Shown: positions 45,587-57,500 of the stretch, piece after piece
Layout of the letters: each line of letters opens with the position of its first letter
Numbering within the stretch: position 1 is the first letter of the stretch
Source of the DNA: Escherichia coli
Lineage (GTDB): Bacteria; Pseudomonadota; Gammaproteobacteria; Enterobacterales; Enterobacteriaceae
NCBI RefSeq assembly: GCF_003018255.1
Contig: NZ_CP027440.1
Reading direction: 5' to 3' (one strand)
DNA: 64,000 nucleotides
The notes under the pieces: generated by a model
What the model saw: only the letters and a program-made list of their open reading frames with translations
Told to the model about the DNA's origin: nothing
Databases searched by the model: none
Made by a program: the position numbers and the translations under genes

Positions 45587-45606
45587 TCTCGAGACGCATC
45601 CGCGGC

Positions 45607-46839
45607 TTATGCCGCCAGCACGCGGTTGCGTCCATCATTTTTCGCCCGATACAAAGCATCATCAACGCGTTTAAACAGTTCATCGATGCTTTCATTTCCT
45701 TCGTGATGCGCCACACCAATGCTGACGGTAAAGCGTGGTAAGCCCGAAATACTCACTTTTGCCACGCTTACGCGGATAGTTTCAGCCAGCGAAAGCGCGG
45801 TATCCAGTGGGGTTCTTGGTAGCAATAAGACAAACTCTTCGCCTCCCCAACGAAACACCAAATCGCCTTTGCGAGCGCAACTTTCGAGGGTGCGGGCGAG
45901 GGCGCATAACACCTCATCACCTTTAGAATGCCCATAGAGATCGTTAATGTGTTTAAAACGATCGGTGTCGATGAGCAATAAGCTGTAATCCTGAGCGATG
46001 GCGAGGTGCTGCATTTGGCCTGGCTCGGTAATGTGATAAAACTGTCGCCGATTCAGTAATCCGGTCATCGCGTCATGGTGGGCAGCATGTTCCAGCTGCT
46101 CCTCCAGCCGTTTTTGCTCAGTAATATCATGCACAATACATAACATGAGCTTGTCGCCATAAATTTCAATCGGACCGGCATAGGTCTGCACATGACGAGT
46201 CGAACCATCCGCCAGTTTATGAACAAAATTCAAAGGCTTATGGCCACCGGGTAAATGCGAAATTTCATGCATGATAGGCATGACGCGTCGCCCGAGCATA
46301 TTTATTTCCCAAGTATGTTTCTGGCACATCGTTTCATGGTTATAGCCATAGAAATTGAGCGCGGCGAGGTTAGCATCGACGATTTGGCCATCTCGTGAGG
46401 GGTCAATCAACAACATTGGTGCAGAGTTAGTCAGAAAAAAGCGCGCATAAAAACCTTGTTTTTTGCGCTGATAATTTGCCGAGCGACTGGCTTTTAAACC
46501 CAGCGTTGCCGGTGCTTCGATACCTTCGAAAATAATCACCGGTTCTGCTTCTGTCAGCTTTCGCAAAACAAGCCGACAGCTCAATGCTGTTTCCTCTTCA
46601 TTGCGCTGAACGGTGAGGATTTCGATAATATCGTGTTGGTTTTGCAGATCGGAGAGGTATTCCGGCAGTTCTTTTTGTGAGGAGGCGGAATAGGGACCGG
46701 TTCGTAGCTGACTAAACGTGAGGTCTTGCATCAACAGTCGCGCCGCGCTGTTGGCATAAATTAACTGTTCCTCAAAGGGCGAAACGATCCAGACAGGACT
46801 GGTGAGTAAGTCCAGGGTATTGAAGTTGTGCGTAATCAT
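45607..46839 (-). CDS. dgcM: Diguanylate cyclase DgcM (PAS-PAS-GGDEF)
   Basis: ORF 45607..46899(-); start at MITHNFNTLDLLTSPVWIVSP (ATG rc 46837-46839), 410 aa; GGEEF motif present (RWGGEEFVLLL). Confidence 0.9.
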   Translation of the reverse strand: MITHNFNTLDLLTSPVWIVSPFEEQLIYANSAARLLMQDLTFSQLRTGPYSASSQKELPEYLSDLQNQHDIIEILTVQRNEEETALSCRLVLRKLTEAEPVIIFEGIEAPATLGLKASRSANYQRKKQGFYARFFLTNSAPMLLIDPSRDGQIVDANLAALNFYGYNHETMCQKHTWEINMLGRRVMPIMHEISHLPGGHKPLNFVHKLADGSTRHVQTYAGPIEIYGDKLMLCIVHDITEQKRLEEQLEHAAHHDAMTGLLNRRQFYHITEPGQMQHLAIAQDYSLLLIDTDRFKHINDLYGHSKGDEVLCALARTLESCARKGDLVFRWGGEEFVLLLPRTPLDTALSLAETIRVSVAKVSISGLPRFTVSIGVAHHEGNESIDELFKRVDDALYRAKNDGRNRVLAA

Positions 46840-47072
46840 TGAGATCCCGTTATTTTTATCAATTTTTGTTGCTATCCGATCGCAAAAAAGCCACGTCATA
46901 TGATCAGATAATTCTGATAATGATAGACGCTATTTAACACTTCACACGGTTTGTATATGGAAAAGCATTTTGCTTTTTGTATTCAATTTAGACAGAATTT
47001 TATTAATCATTTCAGGGTAATGGGGTGATGAGATGTTGCGTAACAGGGCCAGAAGGCTAGACTACAAAATAA

Positions 47073-48077
<1,005 letters not shown>

Positions 48078-48351
48078 CAAAAGCAATTTTCCCGGCTGTC
48101 TGTATACAAAAACGCCGCAAAGTTTGAGCGAAGTCAATAAACTCTCTACCCATTCAGGGCAATATCTCTCTTGCAGGTGAATGCAACGTCAAGCGATGGG
48201 CGTTGCGCTCCATATTGTCTTACTTCCTTTTTTGAATTACTGCATAGCACAATTGATTCGTACGACGCCGACTTTGATGAGTCGGCTTTTTTTTGCCTGT
48301 TATTTGTCAGCGTCTACCCTTTAAGAGTCCACCCAATGACCGGAGGGAAAT

Positions 48352-48525
48352 ATGACGACACTTATTTATTTGCAAATTCCTGTCCCTGAACCGATTCCTG
48401 GCGATCCTGTTCCAGTGCCCGATCCGATCCCTCGCCCGCAACCCATGCCTGACCCACCACCCGACGAAGAACCGATTAAATTGTCGCATCGTGAGCGTAG
48501 ATCTGCGAGGATACGCGCCTGCTAA
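48352..48525 (+). CDS. Candidate 57-aa proline-rich small protein (MTTLIYLQIPVPEPIPGDPVPVPDPIPRPQPMPDPPPDEEPIKLSHRERRSARIRAC)
   Basis: ATG at 48352 preceded by RBS ggaggg (48342-48347) at 5-nt spacing; not in the ORF track because under 60 aa; lies in the zntB-dbpA intergenic region. Confidence 0.4.
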   Translation: MTTLIYLQIPVPEPIPGDPVPVPDPIPRPQPMPDPPPDEEPIKLSHRERRSARIRAC

Positions 48526-48554
48526 CTTTGCGTCGATGACCACGAGAATAGATT

Positions 48555-49928
48555 GTGACCGCTTTTTCTACCCTGAATGTTTTGCCTCCCGCCCAACTCA
48601 CGAACCTTGATGAGTTGGGTTATTTAACCATGACGCCGGTGCAGGCCGCCGCGCTTCCGGCGATCCTTGCCGGAAAAGATGTTCGCGTGCAGGCGAAAAC
48701 CGGCAGCGGCAAAACGGCGGCTTTTGGCCTCGGCTTGTTACAGCAAATTGATGCGTCGCTATTTCAAACCCAGGCTTTAGTGCTGTGTCCTACGCGTGAA
48801 CTGGCGGATCAGGTGGCAGGTGAATTGCGTCGGCTGGCGCGTTTTCTGCCAAATACCAAAATTTTGACGTTGTGCGGTGGTCAACCGTTCGGTATGCAGC
48901 GTGATTCGTTGCAACATGCGCCGCATATTATCGTGGCAACGCCGGGCCGTTTGTTGGATCATCTGCAAAAAGGCACGGTATCACTGGATGCGTTGAATAC
49001 GCTGGTGATGGATGAGGCCGACCGCATGCTGGATATGGGATTTAGCGATGCCATTGATGATGTCATCCGTTTTGCGCCAGCATCTCGACAGACGCTTCTG
49101 TTTTCGGCAACCTGGCCGGAAGCCATCGCCGCAATCAGCGGACGAGTGCAACGCGATCCTTTAGCGATTGAAATTGACTCAACAGATGCTCTGCCACCTA
49201 TTGAACAACAATTTTATGAGACATCCAGCAAAGGCAAAATTCCGTTGTTGCAACGGTTATTAAGTTTGCATCAGCCATCCTCTTGCGTGGTGTTTTGCAA
49301 TACCAAAAAAGATTGCCAGTCTGTCTGCGACGCGCTGAATGAAGTAGGGCAAAGTGCATTGTCGTTACACGGCGATCTGGAGCAACGCGATCGCGATCAG
49401 ACCCTGGTACGTTTTGCTAACGGTAGCGCCCGTGTACTGGTCGCGACTGATGTTGCTGCGCGTGGTCTGGATATAAAATCGCTTGAGCTGGTGGTGAACT
49501 TTGAGCTGGCGTGGGACCCTGAAGTTCATGTACATCGCATCGGTCGTACAGCTCGTGCAGGAAATAGCGGTCTGGCGATCAGTTTCTGTGCCCCGGAAGA
49601 AGCACAGCGGGCCAATATCATTTCTGACATGTTGCAGATAAAACTTAACTGGCAAACGCCGCCAGTTAATAGTTCCATTGTGCCGCTGGAAGCAGAAATG
49701 GCAACGTTATGTATCGATGGCGGGAAAAAAGCCAAAATGCGCCCGGGTGATGTATTAGGTGCGCTGACAGGAGATATCGGGCTTGATGGCGCAGATATTG
49801 GCAAAATCGCCGTGCATCCGGCGCATGTCTATGTCGCGGTGCGTCAGGCTGTTGCTCATAAAGCATGGAAACAGTTACAGGGCGGGAAGATTAAAGGAAA
49901 AACGTGCCGGGTGCGGTTATTAAAATAA
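48555..49928 (+). CDS. dbpA: ATP-dependent RNA helicase DbpA (DEAD-box, 23S rRNA hairpin 92 specific)
   Basis: 457-aa ORF with Walker A TGSGKTAAF, DEAD box (VMDEADRML), SAT motif. Confidence 0.92.
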   Translation: MTAFSTLNVLPPAQLTNLDELGYLTMTPVQAAALPAILAGKDVRVQAKTGSGKTAAFGLGLLQQIDASLFQTQALVLCPTRELADQVAGELRRLARFLPNTKILTLCGGQPFGMQRDSLQHAPHIIVATPGRLLDHLQKGTVSLDALNTLVMDEADRMLDMGFSDAIDDVIRFAPASRQTLLFSATWPEAIAAISGRVQRDPLAIEIDSTDALPPIEQQFYETSSKGKIPLLQRLLSLHQPSSCVVFCNTKKDCQSVCDALNEVGQSALSLHGDLEQRDRDQTLVRFANGSARVLVATDVAARGLDIKSLELVVNFELAWDPEVHVHRIGRTARAGNSGLAISFCAPEEAQRANIISDMLQIKLNWQTPPVNSSIVPLEAEMATLCIDGGKKAKMRPGDVLGALTGDIGLDGADIGKIAVHPAHVYVAVRQAVAHKAWKQLQGGKIKGKTCRVRLLK

Positions 49929-49974
49929 TGAAATGTTGAATCGCAGGGTGCAAGAGTAAACATCTTCTTCGGGA

Positions 49975-50050
49975 TTGCCGGATGCGACGCTGGCCGCGTC
50001 TTATCCGGCCTCCATAAGAGTAGCCCGGTAAGCTTGCGCATCGGGCGCTA
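49975..50050. repeat. REP/BIME palindromic units between convergent dbpA and ttcA
   Basis: gccggatgcgacgctggccgcgtcttatccggcc and gcccggtaagcttgcgcatcgggc. Confidence 0.6.
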
Positions 50051-50056
50051 TCCGGG

Positions 50057-50992
50057 TTATTTCACTTCAACCACATTCAGCCGTAACTCATCCAACTGAT
50101 TTTCATCTTCTTCAGGCTGCCAACCCGCCGGTTGTAGAGGGATCTCTTCGCGATCAAACGCCAGATCACCCCCGTTAACCACTTCAGAACCGTGGGTAAT
50201 ACCTTTGAAATCGAACAGGTTGGTATCGCACAGATGCGACGGCACCACATTCTGCATCGCGCTGAACATCGTCTCGATACGCCCTGGATAACGTTTATCC
50301 CAGTCACGCAACATGTCAGCAATCACCTGACGTTGCAGGTTAGGCTGTGAACCGCACAGGTTGCACGGAATAATCGGGAACGCTTTTGCATCGGCAAAGC
50401 GCTGAATATCTTTCTCGCGGCAGTAGGCCAGCGGGCGAATCACGATATGTTTGCCATCATCGCTCATCAGTTTCGGAGGCATACCTTTCATCTTGCCGCC
50501 GTAGAACATATTTAAGAACAACGTTTGCAGGATATCGTCACGATGGTGACCCAGCGCGATCTTCGTCGCTCCCAGTTCCGTTGCGGTACGATAAAGGATA
50601 CCGCGACGAAGACGAGAACACAGTGAGCAAGTGGTTTTGCCCTCCGGAATCTTCTCTTTCACGATACCGTAAGTGTTCTCTTCCACAATCTTGTACTCAA
50701 CGCCCAGCTTTTCAAGATACTCGGGCAGAACGTGTTCCGGAAAGCCCGGTTGCTTTTGATCGAGGTTAACAGCCACCAGCGAAAAATTGATTGGCGCGCT
50801 TTGCTGCAAATTGCGCAGAATTTCCAGCATGGTATAGCTATCTTTACCCCCGGAGAGGCAAACCATGATGCGATCGCCTTCTTCAATCATATTGAAGTCA
50901 GCAATGGCTTCGCCCACGTTACGACGCAGGCGTTTTTGTAATTTGTTCAGGTTGTATATTTCTTTCTTCGTATTCTTTTGATTTTCTTGCAT
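50057..50992 (-). CDS. ttcA: tRNA-cytidine(32) 2-sulfurtransferase TtcA
   Basis: 311-aa ORF with PP-loop SGGKDS and CxxC pairs; Rac-type integrase immediately adjacent to its 5' end. Confidence 0.92.
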   Translation of the reverse strand: MQENQKNTKKEIYNLNKLQKRLRRNVGEAIADFNMIEEGDRIMVCLSGGKDSYTMLEILRNLQQSAPINFSLVAVNLDQKQPGFPEHVLPEYLEKLGVEYKIVEENTYGIVKEKIPEGKTTCSLCSRLRRGILYRTATELGATKIALGHHRDDILQTLFLNMFYGGKMKGMPPKLMSDDGKHIVIRPLAYCREKDIQRFADAKAFPIIPCNLCGSQPNLQRQVIADMLRDWDKRYPGRIETMFSAMQNVVPSHLCDTNLFDFKGITHGSEVVNGGDLAFDREEIPLQPAGWQPEEDENQLDELRLNVVEVK

Positions 50993-51043
50993 TATTTCAG
51001 TTCTCTGGTACTAAATGGGGCAAATTGGGGGCAAACTTTGCAA

Positions 51044-52279
51044 CTACGATAACCGCGCATTCAACATGGCTACCTGTTCGTCGTTCATGTCATCAATCCA
51101 CATACCGTAAATTTCATACACCATCTGCGCAGTTTCATGCCCCATCTGGCTGGCTATAAACGCCGGGTTCGCTCCTGCCGTCAACAGCCAGCAGGCAAAA
51201 GTATGCCGCGTATGGTACGGATTACGGCGGCGAATACCAGCACGTTTTACTGCTGCATTCCATCTCGCACCCAAACTGCTTACCGAGTAATAAGGTTTCT
51301 GTTTTCCGTTACACACTCTGGGCATGAAAACAAAATGCAGTTTTTGCTTTTCGGTTCTGCCGTACTCCCGATGATAAAAAGTGATTTCGCTTTTGCGATG
51401 ATGCCCGGTCAGTTTGTATTGCTCCTTCAGTGCTTCAAGAGCAGGCTGCAGTAGTGTTACCGTCCGGATCCCCGCATTTGTTTTTGGGGGACCGAACATA
51501 TCAAGTATCGTCAGGTTTCTTCTGACATTCACAACTCCCTTCTCGAAATCCACATCCTCCCACGCCAGAGCAGCCAGTTCCCCGTGACGAAGCCCGGAGT
51601 ATACGGCAAATTTCCACAAGTTCTGGCTCTGTCCTTTTTCACTTTCCATTAATGCATTGAATTCTGTTTTAGATAACGGGTCAGGCTTTATTCTGTTTCT
51701 CTGTAATTTTTTTACTCCTTCAAATGGTTTGGTTGATATAAATCCCGACTGATACGCAAAACGTAACAACGAACAGAGCAGGGCGATATAATTATCAACT
51801 GTGCGCACGGTTCTTCCTTTTTTGTTGGATCTTGGATTATCTAGGTAAAGCGTTTCTCCATGCAGCAGTTCATTCCGGTAGTTTAAGATATCGCTATAAC
51901 GAATATGCGATATCGGGGTACTCTCACAAATTATTATCCTGAGTGTTTTTAATTGTGATTTCGTTTTCTTCATTGTGTTTGTTGTTAACTCTGTTTCTTT
52001 AATTTTTGTCCAGATATCACAAAGCTCCCCGAACGTTTTTATGACCCTCGTTGTCACCATTTTTGCCCCAGTGCTGGACTGGGGAAAACGTCTTAAATAC
52101 TCAAACTCACCGGAATTGATTTCATGAACTATCAACGCTCTTAAATTCCCGGCTTTTTTAATGTTACTGTTAGTAACCTCCCAGCCTTTCAATGTTTCCC
52201 GACATCGTTTTCCTCGAAACATGAACCAGATGCGAATGTATTTACCTCGAATCTCGACACCTGTTGGTAATTTAGACAT
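51044..52279 (-). CDS. intR: Rac-type prophage integrase (tyrosine recombinase)
   Basis: 411-aa ORF with C-terminal catalytic region (...HTRHTFACWLLTAGANPAFIASQMGHETAQMVYEIYGMW...). Confidence 0.9.
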   Translation of the reverse strand: MSKLPTGVEIRGKYIRIWFMFRGKRCRETLKGWEVTNSNIKKAGNLRALIVHEINSGEFEYLRRFPQSSTGAKMVTTRVIKTFGELCDIWTKIKETELTTNTMKKTKSQLKTLRIIICESTPISHIRYSDILNYRNELLHGETLYLDNPRSNKKGRTVRTVDNYIALLCSLLRFAYQSGFISTKPFEGVKKLQRNRIKPDPLSKTEFNALMESEKGQSQNLWKFAVYSGLRHGELAALAWEDVDFEKGVVNVRRNLTILDMFGPPKTNAGIRTVTLLQPALEALKEQYKLTGHHRKSEITFYHREYGRTEKQKLHFVFMPRVCNGKQKPYYSVSSLGARWNAAVKRAGIRRRNPYHTRHTFACWLLTAGANPAFIASQMGHETAQMVYEIYGMWIDDMNDEQVAMLNARLS

Positions 52280-52280
52280 A

Positions 52281-52496
52281 TCATGAGTCTTTGATAAACT
52301 GATTTATCTTTGGATAGTTGTACCAGATAATTCCTCGCTTACTGTCTGGCTTCCCTAAAGGAGATACTCGTTTGAAGTGGAAGCCTTCCACCCAACAGTT
52401 CTGGCGGTATGCTTCAATTTGTCTGGCCCCCAGACCAGTGCGAAGCATCAGGCCGTATTCAACCATCCACTCTTCATTAAAGATTACTTGTGCCAT
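52281..52496 (-). CDS. xisR: Prophage excisionase (YdaQ/XisR-like)
   Basis: ORF 52281..52520(-); start at [21 protein letters not shown] (71 aa); 1 nt upstream of the int start. Confidence 0.8.
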   Translation of the reverse strand: MAQVIFNEEWMVEYGLMLRTGLGARQIEAYRQNCWVEGFHFKRVSPLGKPDSKRGIIWYNYPKINQFIKDS

Positions 52497-52595
52497 CGCA
52501 TTACCTCTGGCAGGCGCCAATGTTAGACTTAAATTGACGCCCGATGTTGATTATTAATAATCAGCTATGAAGTTTTAATTTGAATACAATGCAAT

Positions 52596-52856
52596 TCACG
52601 AGGACTGAAGTTTCTCGCAATTAAAATTTATCAGTTTTACTTTCTGCTCTCTGGAAACGCCTGCTTCTTTTTTACCTGAGAGCATTTTTTCGCATTCTGA
52701 TTTAGTTAGTTTATATTTTGAATATCTTGTCCAGTTAGTAGGAGTGCCACCTTCCTTTTCAATAGTGGCGGTAATTTTATACATGAACACCTCCATTATT
52801 ATTTCCAGTGGTTCGTTTATTCCATCTTTCGAGTGCTTCTTTTTCACTTCCACCAT
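52596..52856 (-). CDS. ydaC: Rac prophage protein YdaC-like (DUF1187); start codon uncertain
   Basis: ORF containing MYKITATIEKEGGTPTNWTRYSKYKLTKSECEKML; synteny with int/xis/lar. Confidence 0.6.
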   Translation of the reverse strand: MVEVKKKHSKDGINEPLEIIMEVFMYKITATIEKEGGTPTNWTRYSKYKLTKSECEKMLSGKKEAGVSREQKVKLINFNCEKLQSS

Positions 52857-52971
52857 AACCGGTTCGGGATTCGCATCCGTTACACTTCGCTCGGTAATAT
52901 CCTGAAATGGCTTTCACCGTTACTGATGGACAACCACAAAATGGACATGGTTTAACATTGTCATATCTCAT
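52777..52971 (-). CDS. ralR: Restriction alleviation protein Lar (RalR)
   Basis: ORF 52777..53010(-); start at MRYDNVKPCPFCGCPSVTVKAISGYYRAKCNGCESRTG (64 aa, zinc-ribbon-like Cys pairs). Confidence 0.8.
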   Translation of the reverse strand: MRYDNVKPCPFCGCPSVTVKAISGYYRAKCNGCESRTGYGGSEKEALERWNKRTTGNNNGGVHV

Positions 52972-53027
52972 AATTTTTCTCATAAAAAATATTTCAAGTT
53001 GGCGGTGCATTACACCGCCAGGCTGAA

Positions 53028-53843
<816 letters not shown>

Positions 53844-53909
53844 ATTTTATAACCCAGAACGGGCGTCAGAAATGACGCCTTTTTTATTGCAGAAAAGCGA
53901 GAGGTAATT

Positions 53910-54509
53910 ATGCGTAAACTTTATGCCGCCATTTTGTCCGCAGCCATTTGTCTGGCCGTATCCGGTGCGCCTGCATGGGCGTCTGAACATCAGTCCACGC
54001 TGAGCGCGGGGTATCTTCATGCCCGGACGAACGTTCCCGGCAGTGATGATCTGAACGGGATTAACGTGAAATACCGTTATGAGTTTACGGACACACTGGG
54101 GATGGTGACGTCATTCAGCTATGCAGGAGACAAGAATCGTCAGCTGACCCGTTACAGCGATACCCGCTGGCATGAAGATTCCGTTCGTAACCGCTGGTTC
54201 AGCGTAATGGCGGGGCCGTCTGTGCGCGTGAATGAATGGTTCAGCGCGTATGCGATGGCGGGTGTGGCTTACAGCCGTGTGTCGACTTTTTCCGGGGATT
54301 ATATCCGCGTAACTGACAATAAGGGGAAAACGCACGATGTGCTGACCGGAAGTGATGACGGTCGCCACAGCAACACGTCTCTGGCGTGGGGGGCTGGCGT
54401 GCAGTTTAACCCGACCGAATCCGTGGCCATTGATATTGCTTATGAAGGCTCCGGCAGTGGTGACTGGCGCACTGACGGTTTCATCGTGGGTGTCGGTTAT
54501 AAATTCTGA
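53910..54509 (+). CDS. lom: Lom-like outer membrane protein (Ail/Lom/OmpX beta-barrel family)
   Basis: 199-aa ORF with signal peptide (AICLAVSGAPAWA) and C-terminal ...VGVGYKF. Confidence 0.85.
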   Translation: MRKLYAAILSAAICLAVSGAPAWASEHQSTLSAGYLHARTNVPGSDDLNGINVKYRYEFTDTLGMVTSFSYAGDKNRQLTRYSDTRWHEDSVRNRWFSVMAGPSVRVNEWFSAYAMAGVAYSRVSTFSGDYIRVTDNKGKTHDVLTGSDDGRHSNTSLAWGAGVQFNPTESVAIDIAYEGSGSGDWRTDGFIVGVGYKF

Positions 54510-54528
54510 TTAGCCAGGTAACACAGTG

Positions 54529-54557
54529 TTATGACAGCCCGCCGGTTCAGGCGGGCT
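54529..54557 (+). terminator. Rho-independent terminator after lom
   Basis: Hairpin gcccgcc-ggttcag-gcgggc followed by tttttt. Confidence 0.7.
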
Positions 54558-54567
54558 TTTTTGTGGG

Positions 54568-57500
54568 GTGAATATGGCAGTAAAGATTTCAGGTGTACTG
54601 AAAGACGGTGCAGGTAAACCGGTACAGAACTGTACAATCCAGCTGAAAGCAAAACGTAACAGCACCACGGTGGTGGTGAACACGGTGGCCTCAGAAAATC
54701 CGGATGAAGCCGGGCGTTACAGCATGGACGTTGAGTACGGTCAGTACAGCGTTATTCTGTTGGTGGAAGGATTCCCGCCGTCACATGCCGGGACCATCAC
54801 CGTGTATGAAGATTCCCGACCCGGTACGCTGAATGATTTTCTCGGTGCCATGACGGAGGATGATGCCCGTCCGGAGGCTCTGCGCCGTTTTGAACTGATG
54901 GTGGAAGAGGTGGCGCGTAACGCGTCCGCGGTGGCACAGAACACGGCAGCCGCGAAGAAATCAGCCAGCGATGCCAGCACATCAGCCCGTGAGGCGGCAA
55001 CCCATGCGACTGATGCTGCAGATTCAGCACGTGCAGCCAGCACGTCAGCCGGACAGGCCGCTTCGTCGGCTCAGTCAGCGTCTTCCAGCGCAGGAACGGC
55101 ATCAACAAAGGCCACTGAAGCCTCAAAAAGTGCTGCCGCTGCAGAGTCCTCAAAAAGCGCGGCGGCTACCAGTGCCGGTGCGGCGAAAACGTCAGAAACG
55201 AATGCGGCAGCGTCACAACAATCAGCAGCCACTTCTGCATCCACCGCGACCACGAAAGCGTCAGAAGCTGCCACCTCAGCCCGGGATGCGTCGGCCTCAA
55301 AAGAGGCAGCGAAATCATCAGAAACGAACGCATCATCAAGTGCCAGTAGTGCAGCTTCCTCGGCAACGGCGGCAGGAAATTCCGCGAAGGCCGCAAAAAC
55401 GTCTGAGACGAATGCAGATAACAGCGCACAGGCGGCAGCAGACTCACAAACTGCATCAGCAAACTCCGCGACAGCAGCCAAAAAATCAGAAACCAACGCG
55501 AAAAATAGCGAGGCAGCAGCAAAGAGCAGCGAAACCAACGCTAAAGCCAGCGAAACTAATGCTAAATCCAGTGAAACAAACGCGGCGAAATCTGCGGCGG
55601 ACGCACTTAATTATCGCAACCAGGCGCAAGTAATTGTTGGCGATAATATCGGTCTTGGTGAAGTTGCCATGACCTGCACTGATATCTCTGTTGAGCCATC
55701 AGGTTATATTGGATTTGTCAGGATTTACATCTCAGCGAAAGGTTATCCATCAGTAGCGTCTAGTGCCGGTGATAATCTTATTTCTGGTTATATAGTTAGA
55801 TCAGAAGTGTCAACAAAAAGATATTCCGGTCTATTTGTTGGTTCAGATACAAAATCATTGTATTCGTACATTTACAGCCAAAGTTCTGGCCCGCAATGGA
55901 TACGTCATACCCGCAGAGATGAATTAAGCCGCTTTGGTCAAAATGAATCAACAACTCGTATGTATGGTCCAACTGGTGATCGTTTCTTTGAAATCCATAC
56001 TAACGGGAGTTGGGGAGTTTATGATTCTTCTTCTGGACAATGGTCTCCGTTAGGTTTAGCCCAGGGCGGTACTGGTGGAAGAACTATCGAGCAAGCACGT
56101 GCGAACTTGCGGGTAATGTATGAGCAAAAAGCTGGCCTTGCTAATACTGACCTAAACACCCTTACCGGTGAATATTCTGGTTTCTATCAACAACCAACGA
56201 GCGCTTACGCAACAGAAGAATTAAATTACCCAATCGGTCTGGCGGGCGCTTTAATAGTGCTCCAAACGAGAGCCAACACTGCTTCTTCCTGCGTTCAGGT
56301 GTACTACCCTTATAATAATCCGGGAATTACTTATAGACGAATATATGAAGGAGGAAGCGGTACCTGGTCTGAATGGAAGAGAGATGTATCAACAGAAAGG
56401 GTTGAAGAGGGAAAAGAAACAACTTACGTATATTCTACGTATTCTTCAGGCGCACCACGCTTACAGGTTTCCAAATCTGGTTTGTGGGGTTGTCATAATG
56501 GCACTGGCTGGTTGCCATTAGCTGTTGGGCAAGGAGGTACAGGTGCGACAACAGTAGAAGATGCGCGAAACAACTTAAGTCTTGGCGAAAGTAGCGCAGT
56601 TAAATTTAAAAACCTTACTTTAACCGAAGCGCTCGACACGACATTAGGACTGCTTACAAAAACAGGACGAGACTGGAACACGCAGCATACTGATAACATT
56701 AATAAATTTATACCAATTGCAGGCAGTACAAACGGCCCGGCAGGTTCTATGGTTCTTGGCGGCATTCATGTTCAATTTAGTAAAAATTATGCTGTGCAGT
56801 TCGGAGGCCGCAATTCCGGTTTTTGGGGAAGAACAATTGAAAATGGAACGACGCAGGAATGGAAGAAATTACTAACAGTAGACGATCTCAATTCATCTAC
56901 CGATCTTGCTGTCAGGTCATTAACCACATCTAACCCGGTAAAATCTGGCGGAGGGCGAATTGATGTCCTTGGAAGCACGTCAGACTATAGCAAAATGGAT
57001 TGCTTTGTACGTGGGTTTGATAGCACCGGTAATTCTCTCGCGTGGGCGTTGGGTTCATCAGTCGGCGTAAGTAAGATGCTGTCGCTAAAAAATTTCTTTA
57101 GCGGAGCTGAGATACTGTTAAATGGTAATGACGGCGCGGTTCAACTCAAAACAGGTGCTGTTAACGGGGCTAAAGCGCAGGCGCTCACTATCAACAAGGA
57201 TGAGGTTAACTCAACTGTTGATTTAACTCTTACAAAACAAACAGGGACTGGAAATCGTTTTGTTTTACAGAACTTAGGTAATACAGAACTATCATTTGCC
57301 GCAAAAGTATGGGGATCAAGTGATCGACAAAACGTTTTTGAGGTTGGAACGTCTGCTGCGTATCTGTTTTATGCGCAAAAAACGTCAGCAGGCCAGTTGT
57401 TTGATGTAAATGGCGCTATTAATTGCACAACGCTGAATCAGTCATCAGACCGCGACCTTAAAGACGATATTCTCGTTATCAGCGACGCGACGAAAGCAAT

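Noticed and set aside
50992-51044. Exact attL core of the prophage at the ttcA/intR junction
   Set aside because: It is probably here, but no second copy (attR) was identified in the window to define the core repeat, so no coordinates are claimed.
54741-55633. Several 100-220-aa ORFs in alternative frames and on the opposite strand within stf (54741-55043, 54797-55153, 54971-55633, 55071-55538, 55166-55522)
   Set aside because: They lie entirely within the Ala/Ser/Thr-rich repeat region of the tail fiber gene, have biased low-complexity composition (poly-Ala/Arg/Pro), and arise from the repeat periodicity; the stf frame is the only one with phage fiber homology.
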